A stretch of DNA of 59,235 nucleotides, filler included, from Dirinaria sp. TL-2023a (taxonomy: Eukaryota): NCBI GenBank assembly GCA_051941275.1. It is 4 parts of 4 records of this genome, joined end to end, with 100 filler letters (N's around TTAATTAATTAA, not from the genome) between each part and the next. Parts side by side here need not be neighbours in the genome. Positions count along the whole stretch, not along the records: positions 44,510 to 59,235 come from JAVEBF010000589.1; 3 more parts are not named here. One strand, 5' to 3'. A model generated the notes under the pieces. That model worked only from the letters and a program-made list of their open reading frames with translations, was not told the origin of the DNA and made no database searches. How positions within the stretch are numbered: the first letter of the stretch is position 1; every line of letters starts with the position of its first letter. Both the position numbers and the translations under genes were made by a program. Shown in pieces: positions 50,116 to 59,235 of the stretch.

Positions 50116-52368
50116 TTACCCTGAATAAATATCATTAGGACAGCCCCCGGTGCAGGTAGGTGCTGACTCATAGTTGGGTATGCAATTTTGTTGGCTCTGC
50201 TTCGATATCCAATCCATTATGGCAGACTGCACATTGTCAGAGAACTTTGCTGTCGAGCCCGGAGTACCGCCAATGGCAGCTTTATCATTACACCCGCAAA
50301 AACTACCACCAGCCGCCGGCAACGCTCGCAGGTCCAGTGTTCGGCAAACTGGAAGGTTGAAGAAACCAGCGGTCTCAGGGGAGATTTTGAGCTGGGTGAG
50401 CTTGGTTATATCGTCACCCGAGACGTCCGACCCGGTGGTTAAGGATTCAAACGACTTAGAGATGTCGTAGCCGAAGTCGCCGGCTACCCAGGAAGCAACA
50501 GACCCGTGAGTTGCGCCGGAAGTGAAAAACGTCTCACCTGGCACGATGTCATAGGGAGCGTTGTAACCTTTGGGCGCTAACTGATTATTTCCAGCGTCCG
50601 AGTTGTCTCCCGTCGCGCTGTACAGGTGTGCCATTCCAGGCCCAGGGGCGTCGCAAATTGTCAGGATCTTGTCATCGCCGTTTTTCAGGAGGTTTTGCTC
50701 GCACCAGTCTTGGTTGACGCCGGCTTGGTTCATGTTTCCCTTCGCATCCTTGATAGGAGTGTTATATGGAACGTAAATGATGAAAGCTTGAGAATCGTTC
50801 CAAGCATAGTTAATCGACTTGTACGATATGATGCGAACGAAGTTATCCAACATTGTCTTTTGCATGTTCGCTGTGTTGAAATTTTGTTGATCAACCCATG
50901 CGCCAGTCCCGAAAATGCCGTTGTGATTTGGGTCCGTGGGGCCTACGAGGTCAGAGCCAGACCATGAAGCTGCGGAGGCATTCCCAATGTATTGCTCCCA
51001 CGCACTTTCAACACCATTGGCTGTAGCTTGCAGAAATTGCTTTATGAAGTCGTCGATCGAGCTGAATTCGGTAAATCGCTTGTCGGCCACTGGCTTTGCC
51101 TGCGCGTTTCCGACATTTGCAACGACACCAAAGATGCCGCTGATAACTCCAGTCACGCCACTAGCTACAGATGCACCCACTCCACCTAAACCAGCGGAGA
51201 ACATACCGAGGAGTGGACCCAATACAGACAAAATCTGCTCCCATGTTACAGGGGGATCCGGATTCGTGAAGAAAGTGTCAACTAATTGCCCCGTGCCAGC
51301 AATTCCAATTGAAGCTGAGTCAAATAGTGCATCGTATACAGCATATAGATAGTTGTTGAAATTGACTAGGGAGGTATAGGCGAGATAGCGCTGAATGACA
51401 ATGGGTTTGCCGGTACTGGCGTCGGCGATGTTCCCGCACTGTATTGAATCACATTTTGAGGAATATGCGCAGCTGTCCTGGGCTCCTACATCGTGTCCAA
51501 AGAGTGTGGCAGCATTGACTTGAGGTGCGGTCGGGGCTGGGGCGGCGGCTGATAGCATACTAGACATATACTTGTTAGCAGCATACGCCGTCCATGCAGC
51601 CGCATTGGTGGAGATGCTGTTTTTGGAGCACTGCGCTGCGACTGTAGGATTGCTGGCCCCAGTGACGGTAGGTCCGGGTTGAAGACCAAGCGAGGGGTTC
51701 ATGTTACATGGATATGTCCCTTTGATCATGAGGTGGAATGTGCCGCCAGTGGCAGAAGGAGCGGAAGCTGACTGACGTTTCAGCATTTGGAATCCAGGAT
51801 ATTCACGAGGCCTGAATCGAGCTGGCACAGAGACTGGATTGGTAGTTGCAGAGGCTGTAGGTGTATTTTGCGGTGAGTTCGGAGTCGCCGGGGCAGTTGC
51901 GTTTGTTGTGGCTGCGCCCGTCGTTGTAGGCACAGGATTGGGAGGTGGTGTGCTGCTGGGAGGCGCCGCCTGAAAGACGATATCGTATTCATTGGCACCA
52001 CTGACCGTAGGCACGACTAGAGTCCATGCAGTTCTGCTACCAGTCGTAGGCTCATGAAGAGCGGAAGTATCCATGGGTGGAATATCTGCTTGAGCTCCGC
52101 TGCCTGGAATACCCAGGTCGCTAAAGATCACCCCATCCGTGTCTGTCGAGAAGACCCATACCGCACCCATCTGATCCCAGAAGCTTCCGGCTGGTATCCT
52201 CTGGGATCCTGTGGGCAGAGTCATCTCCGTCGAAAAGGTCGCGGTGCCGGTGGCAACATCACCGGCGCATGATGCTTGTGGGACATCAGAGATAACAATC
52301 TGAGCCCGCACTGTCGATAGGAAGAAGAGCACTGAGCTGCTGAGAGCCGCAACACAAGATTGCCTCAT
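50116..52368 (-). CDS. Secreted Cys-containing protein of unknown function, 750 aa, intronless
   Basis: Signal peptide MRQSCVAALSSSVLFFLSTVRA, Pro/Thr linker, KR site, Cys cluster CAYSSKCDSIQC, hydrophobic Gly-rich segment and Cys-rich C-terminus. Confidence 0.85.
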   Translation of the reverse strand: MRQSCVAALSSSVLFFLSTVRAQIVISDVPQASCAGDVATGTATFSTEMTLPTGSQRIPAGSFWDQMGAVWVFSTDTDGVIFSDLGIPGSGAQADIPPMDTSALHEPTTGSRTAWTLVVPTVSGANEYDIVFQAAPPSSTPPPNPVPTTTGAATTNATAPATPNSPQNTPTASATTNPVSVPARFRPREYPGFQMLKRQSASAPSATGGTFHLMIKGTYPCNMNPSLGLQPGPTVTGASNPTVAAQCSKNSISTNAAAWTAYAANKYMSSMLSAAAPAPTAPQVNAATLFGHDVGAQDSCAYSSKCDSIQCGNIADASTGKPIVIQRYLAYTSLVNFNNYLYAVYDALFDSASIGIAGTGQLVDTFFTNPDPPVTWEQILSVLGPLLGMFSAGLGGVGASVASGVTGVISGIFGVVANVGNAQAKPVADKRFTEFSSIDDFIKQFLQATANGVESAWEQYIGNASAASWSGSDLVGPTDPNHNGIFGTGAWVDQQNFNTANMQKTMLDNFVRIISYKSINYAWNDSQAFIIYVPYNTPIKDAKGNMNQAGVNQDWCEQNLLKNGDDKILTICDAPGPGMAHLYSATGDNSDAGNNQLAPKGYNAPYDIVPGETFFTSGATHGSVASWVAGDFGYDISKSFESLTTGSDVSGDDITKLTQLKISPETAGFFNLPVCRTLDLRALPAAGGSFCGCNDKAAIGGTPGSTAKFSDNVQSAIMDWISKQSQQNCIPNYESAPTCTGGCPNDIYSG

Positions 52369-55300
52369 CCTGAGCGTTCAAGGAAGGTCGTTCAAAAAAA
52401 AAGGATAGAAGATATCGAAAACAAGAATGGGATGAGCTCACCACTCGACTGAAGGTAGATATTTAAGAAAGGAACCATGGCTCTATATCCAGACCTTAAA
52501 TTCGAATCTCATGGGTTGAAACACAAGCTGAACGTATGGTTCAAGGCACTAACACGAGGTGGGAGGGCACAGCAATCCTAGTAACATTAGGGTGGAAAGT
52601 TCAATATTCCAACATTGCCCCACAGAAAAGCGACCGGGCGGAGATGAGAATGACGATGCGGCGCCCCTTGCTGGCTTGGTTGAGACTGCGAATATCGACA
52701 ATCAAGCAGTTTTTTCGACTGATGCTAAGAGATAATACCCACCTCTGCAAGAAATGACAGTAGAAGATATATCACTGACACAAATGCCGTAACAAATCAC
52801 ACGATCAACGCGCAAAATACGGCATCGAAATGACTTGTTCCGCTAGAAGGACTACCTTATGTATTTCGTAAACTTGAGTTTGGGTCCATTTCGCGGCCAA
52901 TAATAATGCCTTGTTAGGTTGTGAGGTACAGCCTCCACTCATTCGATACTGTCCGACAGCTCAGGTCACGCATGGGGTCCGATAGTAGTAGAGAGTACTG
53001 AATGCCTAGCAATCTCAGATGACAAGATTAGGCTGAAATGAGGGTCGATCTTTATTCTGCTGTGTTGGTGATTGGTTTGTGGTGATGCTGAGCCATCGAG
53101 AAAGCAAAGCCTCCCCTCGCTCCAATACTAATGTAGGGGTTAAGATGGGGGGAAAGACTTGAAACAACGATAATTTCCCTTTTCGGCTAAACCAGCCGCC
53201 CCTAGCGATCTATGACGAAATTCGAAACGTTGATCTAAGGTAAGGTACGGAGTTACACCTACCTACCTAAGGCACCTTACCTGACCCTGAGTGCGCCTTA
53301 CCTCACTAATGCATGATGCATGAATGCGCACTCGGCACAACATGCGGCTCCGGAATGGCAAGACCAGGGCAGTCAAATTACTTGTACGAAGAAGCTACTA
53401 CAGCGACAGCACCGGCCGTGGCAGATTACGAAAAGCAATATCATCGACCTGGAGAGTGACAATTTCAAATACAGCTGTCATCCAACAGACACATGCGGAG
53501 CCAGCTTTGATAGCTGAGCTTCAATCATGCCAGCGTTCGCTTTTGCAAAAATCCATTCCATACGTGCTTGAAGCTTTGCGGGCGTTGGGAGAGCCTAAGA
53601 CAGAGAGATTTGATAGCCTCAGGCCACAAGCCTCTCCTGAAGCGGCACTTACCGGTTACCCAGGGAAATCGAAATGATACCCCGCCAGCTTGACTAATGG
53701 ATTTCCGAGTAGCGCTGCGATCTACGCGGTACGGAAACAGCCTATTATGAGTCCGGGTATAATAATGTAGAACCTGCTCTTAGCTCGCTCAGCCCCATAA
53801 GTCAAACTCGTCGAAGGTCACCTAAATGATCCCACTGCCGCCCACACCACCCTACTCTACTTACAACACCCTCACCACTACTTACTGTCGTCTACCAGTG
53901 TCTTCTTCCACACCTCAATGCTTCAGACTTAGAGTTGCAGAGTCATCCTTTTTTACCGTCTGATGACATTTAACCATTTGTCGACTTGACATGGGCACTT
54001 TTGAGGTGAATCAGTTCATCGTCACTTCGTGAAACGTAATTTGCATAGATTTCGTCATTCTGTAAGAGTAGAGGAACGAATATGTTTCATCCTGAGGCAG
54101 CCAGAGGCTGAAGAATATTGATAGGTGAAAATGAGCGGTGGGGACTGACGAGGGTGGTGTTGCAGTAGAGCAGGGTGGTGTGGCGGCAGTAGGACCCCAA
54201 AATTTATCGAAATGCCTTACTTCCATATATCTAGCATAATTTTCTATCCCTGTTGTCAGCTAAAGTCGGTATCTTACAACAGCGTAGTATCTTCATTGCA
54301 GCTGTGGTCGATCCTCGGAAATCTATCAGTCTGATATCAGGATCGGTGGTATTGCTGCAGTGTGATTCGAGACACCCGGCCTCGGGCTCGCGCTTTCCTT
54401 GCCTATGGTTTTCCGGAGTAGGCTTGTTGAGTGGAGCTTGAGAACGTAAGACCACCGAAGTGTGGCGGAGCCAGAGACCCCCTGAACGGAGAATCCCGCT
54501 GCCAGCAGGTCGAAACAGGCTTGGTTGCAAGAGTTCCGCTGCAACTGGGACACAAGAAACAAAACCATACGGCGTTGGAAGACGGGCTATTAGCGTGCGA
54601 CAGTGACACAAGACGCGGTGGTGACGAAGTTGAGGCGAGACTGCCATCGGGCACTTTCCTGCAGCGCAGACGACACCATGTTGCATAGGACATAGGAGGT
54701 CTCTCACGGCCTGGTGCTCTCACAGCCATGGATTCCGGGTCGAATAAACATAATAATATCAGCCCAAAATCGAATTGTTCAGGCACGATATTTGATTGTA
54801 GATGGCTATCATCTGAATGAGTGCTGCCAATCTAGGACGAACCATGTTGCCGTTCTATGAAGCATTTCATACTGTTGTCCTTCAGATACAACTATGTTTT
54901 GCGCGTTAGCAGATCAGTGAGCACCGTTTAAATTTGCTGCCCTTTATTGATGTTGCCGCAGCCGTAGTACAGAGGAGAGGAATGTTGATTACCTAACAGA
55001 TGTTGGCTTTGCTTTGTCGACCATGTCTTACTAGGCCTGTGATCATGATTTTCTCCCAATGCCTCTGGTCGGAAAAATCCATGTGGGTCAAAGTAGCGCT
55101 GGGACTGAATAGGGGTTTCGATACCTTCTGATGCAGACTCAGCTGGTCCTAGGTTCAGCTTGTCTGACCGGAGGGACGTTACCTTACTTTACCTTGCTGT
55201 AGAGCAGCCGCTAGGGCTGCGTAAGCGGCTACGCCTAAAGTAGGTTCCGATAACCCCGGACGTCTACCCGTCATGTTGTATCAAATGTCCGCTATTAGAG

Positions 55301-55457
55301 AGTCTAAATGACTTCTTCCATGGTTAGCACGAGTACTATCTTACACAGCCTACTAGCTTTCATGCTTGTGTACACTACTCTCTAAAGCGTCGTCAACTAT
55401 TACCCCGGAGTGTACAGTACCTTACAACCTCTGCTACTCAGCTGGGCTACTCTCGGT

Positions 55458-56758
55458 ATGCCAGCTGATTACAGTTCTACCGCACGTGCCCTAGCATTAC
55501 CAGTCTCCCCATCGCGATCACCGACAGTGCCAAAGCACTCCAAGCTCCCAGCATGGTCCCGTCGCCAGTCTGGTGCTCCGCTACTGCGGCATCAGTCTCC
55601 ACAGCAAGGGCAAGCCAGTAGCGTAAGGGATCAGATTATCGACAGTGCAGACAAGATGCTGAGGCGGCTTCAACGGACCGTTGAGAAATTGACGCCCATT
55701 CAAAGAGCCATCGTGACCTTTGTTGGTTTCGCTACACTGGTGTTGGGTATACTGTTCCTAGTTTTCAACGAGAAAATCTTCGCGAAGCTGGCGCCGGTCG
55801 CCGTGAAATGGAAAGACTTAAGAGGGGGTTGGCTTATACTTTGGGCCATGACTTTCGTGACGGCTTTTCCGCCTGTTATCGGCTATTCAATATGTCTTAC
55901 CATTGCTGGTTTCGTATACGGCTTTCCCGAAGGGTGGGTCTTTCCATTATGCCATATGCTTGTTGTTCTCTTCGCCTCCAAGAAAGTGACGGCTGTTAAC
56001 TCTTCGCTAGATGGTTTATCGCTGCGACAGCTACTATTATAGGCTCCACATGTTCGTTTGTGGTATCTCGGACTGTGCTATCAAATTTCGTGCATCGGCT
56101 AGCTGCGAACGATACGAGGTTCAACGCTTTATCTCTGGTGTTAAAGCATGATGGCCTCAAACTTTTGTGCATGATCCGCTTATGTCCTCTCCCATACTCA
56201 ATCTCGAACGGCGCCATATCAACCTTCCCAACCGTTCAGCCTCTAATGTACGCACTTGCTACGGCGATTGTCTCGCCCAAATTGATGATCCATATCTTCA
56301 TTGGGTCAAGGCTGGCCGCGATTGCAAGGAGTGGAGAAAAGATGAGCACAGGAACAAAGGCAATAAATTGGCTAAGCATTGTAGGAGGTATGATTGTGGG
56401 CGCCGTGACTGGATGGTACATTTATCAAAGGTTCGGAGCTCATCATCCGCCATTTAGCGACTGCTAAACAAGTTTCAGAACCGTCGCTCGTGCACAGCAA
56501 CTTGAAGCCGAGGAAGGGAACAATGTCCGCCGATCGACATCAGAGGTTCCAGGGGCATTTGCTGATGATCCGGAAGAGCAAGAAGCAGCTGCTACTTTAC
56601 TTCTAGACGACCAAATTGATTTTCTCGACACTGAAGCACGTAGAGGTAGGTATCAAGATGAGTTTAGTGATGATGATGATTATGACCCATTCGGGAATGG
56701 GGATGGAGCAGATGAAGAAGGCGGTATAAGCCTAGGAAACCAGCCACCACATCGATGA
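55458..56758 (+). CDS. TVP38: Golgi membrane protein Tvp38 (SNARE-associated/VTT/DedA family); exons 55458-55933, 56011-56430, 56479-56758 (391 aa)
   Basis: [71 protein letters not shown], acidic tail. Two introns restore the frame. Confidence 0.92.
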
Positions 56759-57378
56759 CATGATAAAGATACGATTTCCTTGTTCATTTCATTATAGATG
56801 CCCAGTGTCAACCATTCATGGTGTGCTACGAAATGGTGCCAGGCGCACAAGCTGCATTATAGATGGATAGACCTATAGCCCGTGGACGGTTTAGAGAATT
56901 ATTTTGGAAAGCTCAAGCAAAATTCATCTTTGAGGATTATGCCAGATCCTACTGCTTCTCGATGGACCGCTGCTGGCAGCATATGGAACGGATAGTGCTA
57001 GTAGGCTGCATGTAATCAAGGTCCTGCGGAACTATCTAATGTGGTAAGGTAGGTACCCTCGGTAGCTCAGGATCTGCCCTTGACCTTGAACACTGTATTC
57101 TAGGGCTCATAAAGGGCTATTTGTATCACCTTACATCACCTACTCTACCGTACGGACCGTATGAGAAACTACTAGGAAGCCGCAACCAACATCGATGCCA
57201 TAAATTCAACGCAAAGAAGGGCTTCAGTAACTACTAAGGGCGTTTGTCAGAGACCACTACTTATCTCCTTTAAGTCATCACCGCTTTGGTTGGCAACTCC
57301 GCATATTGAAAGCCTTGCACTGATTTTAAAGAGCTCTTAGAATCCTCAACATCTAGCTTGACGAAACACTTGGTCTTT

Positions 57379-58895
57379 ATGGATACGGATGATTTCGACA
57401 ATGTTTCATGGCGCAATGAGCCCACCAGCGACTCTTCCCGCCCAAACACTGCTGGGCCTAGCGATAGCCCAAGTCGTGGCAGGGCAAGTGGAAGCACCAG
57501 AAGAACAAGCCATGAGCCAATATCAAGCCCAGGCGCAGACGCAGTGGATTTAGCAGGCATTGGCGAATATGGCAGACTCGACGTGACAGTAGGAAAGCCT
57601 CTGAAAGAGAACGACGGTACTAAAGATGCATACGTCTCGTACCTGGTCACTACCGAAGTAGGTCTTGCCATATACTTCAAAAGCCCGGCATCTGCAATTA
57701 ACCCAGGGACGTTGAAAACTGATGAAACCACCAGAGCGACTTCGCATCCTTCCAAAGATCCTCCTTCTCCGTCCGCCGCCGATTCACCGACTTCGTTTTC
57801 CTATACAAAACCCTCGTAAAACAATTCCCCGCCCACGCCATCCCTCCTCTGCCCGACAAACACAAGATGGAATATGTCCGTGGAGACCGTTTCGGACCCG
57901 ACTTTACCTCGCGACGCGCTCACTCATTACACCGCTTTATCCGACGCTTGACTCTCCACCCTTTTCTCCGACGGCAATTGCCCCTCATCACCTTCCTTGA
58001 AAGTTCAGACTGGAACGCCCACATGCGCTCTCACCGCACACGAAGCAACAGCGTCAGCGAAAGCGGCAGCAGCGTGTTCGACAACTTCACAGACACTTTC
58101 GTCAACGCCTTTTCCAAAGTCCACAAACCAGACAAACGATTCATCGAAGTGCGGGAAAAAGCCGACAAGCTGGACGAAGACCTGTCGCACGTCGAAAAAA
58201 TCGTCGCCCGCGTCGCCCGCCGCGAAGCAGATCTGGAAGCCGATTACACGGACCTGAGCACGCAGTTCCTGAAACTGGCCGCCCTGGAACCGGGCGTCGA
58301 ACCGCCCGTGCACGCGTTCGCGCAGGGGGTCGAAACCACGTCAAAGGGACTGACGGCGCTGAAGGAGCACACGGACCAGGACTACCTCGGCAGCCTGCGC
58401 GACATGCAGGCGTACATCGTCGCCGTCAAATCCCTGCTCAAGTCGCGCGAGCAGAAACAGATCGACTTCGAAGAACTCACAGAGTACCTGACCAAAGCGT
58501 CGCAGGACCGGGACACGCTCGCGTCGGCCTCGTCGCACAACAGCGGCCTCACGGGCCCCGGAGGGTTCATCCGCTCGAAGATCGAGGATGTGAGGGGGGT
58601 CGATCACGAGCAGAGCCGGCGCGAGCGCGTCCGCAAACTGGAACTCCAGACCATGCGCCTTCAGGGCGAGGTCGAGCAGGCGCGCAAAGACACCGAGATG
58701 CTCGACGAGCAGGTCGTGCGCGAGGTCGCGGAGTTTGAACGCATCAAGGGCGTCGAGTTCAAAGAGACTTTGGGCGCCTTGGCGACTAAGCATTGCGAGT
58801 TTTATGAAGGCGTTATTGACACTTGGGAAAGGTACATACGTGATATGGAAGGTGAAGGGCCTGGAGGGGGAGGAGGAGGTGGTGGTGGTAGATGA
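57379..58895 (+). CDS. SNX4: Sorting nexin-4 / Atg24 (PX-BAR); exons 57379-57657, 57735-58895 (479 aa)
   Basis: DDFDNVSW, PX domain (KENDGTKDAYVSYLVTT..VRRRFTDFVFL..IPPLPDKHKMEYVRGDRF..HPFL), BAR domain (REQKQIDFEEL, EDVRGVDHEQSRRER). Gly-rich tail. Confidence 0.95.
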
Positions 58896-59235
58896 GGTAT
58901 CAAAGTATGAGCATTATGTTCCTTTTTCTTCGTCTTTTCTTTTTGGGGCCGCCTCTAAGATAGTGGTGTGCAAAGCCAACATGCATAACGAGCCATTCGA
59001 TATTCAATTGAAACGCATCTTCCAAACCCTACCTTACCTACATACGGTAACTTACTTTGTTTTTTTGTTCGTAAAGTAGATAAAGTGCCCCCCAACAAAC
59101 CCCTTATCCCCTTTTCAACCACAAGCTCAATATCTTCATGCACCAAAAAAAAAAAGTAATTCACCTCCGCCTGGCCTCCTTGTTTCTTCCTCGAACCTTT
59201 TTTATAATTATAATGTGGTATGAATTAAACATTAC

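Noticed and set aside
53275..53285. CTTACCTG resembling the U1 snRNA 5' end
   Set aside because: Lacks the ATA start, stem-loop I and Sm site. It is part of the TAAGG motif cluster.
54231..54786. Overlapping 127-158 codon ORFs
   Set aside because: Non-ATG starts, Cys/Arg/Ser-rich random-like composition, no splice support.

Overview
Genomic DNA of a filamentous ascomycete (Pezizomycotina-type genes, short 47-77 nt spliceosomal introns with CTRAY-like branch points). The window is not one continuous locus. It is four contigs (14744, 14735, 14730 and 14726 nt, in decreasing length) joined by artificial 100-nt N44-TTAATTAATTAA-N44 linkers, so gene order across linkers means nothing. Contig 1 carries SNF8 (partial), eIF3c/NIP1, YAK1, RAD26/CSB and a secretory-pathway membrane protein. 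Contig 2 carries a kinesin-4-like motor and a ~1380-aa unannotated protein. Contig 3 carries TMEM234 (partial), Inn1/Fic1, a small secreted protein that the ORF track recovers only in part, a MOV10/SDE3-like RNA helicase and an ORP1-like protein. Contig 4 carries MDM38/LETM1, ADK2, a hypothetical protein, a 750-aa secreted protein, TVP38 and SNX4. Exon models were built by hand and checked for frame. Best leads: (i) the unannotated protein with both an eIF4E-binding YxxxxL-phi motif and a PAM2-like motif, a candidate cap/poly(A) translational regulator; (ii) a Kex2-site secreted protein with a Gly-rich hydrophobic hairpin (toxin/effector-like); (iii) two recurrent intergenic motif families (TACGGAGTA and TAAGGTA clusters); (iv) a GC-AG intron in RAD26. 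No tRNA, rRNA, CRISPR or intact transposon was recognised. All family assignments come from motif recognition, not database searches.
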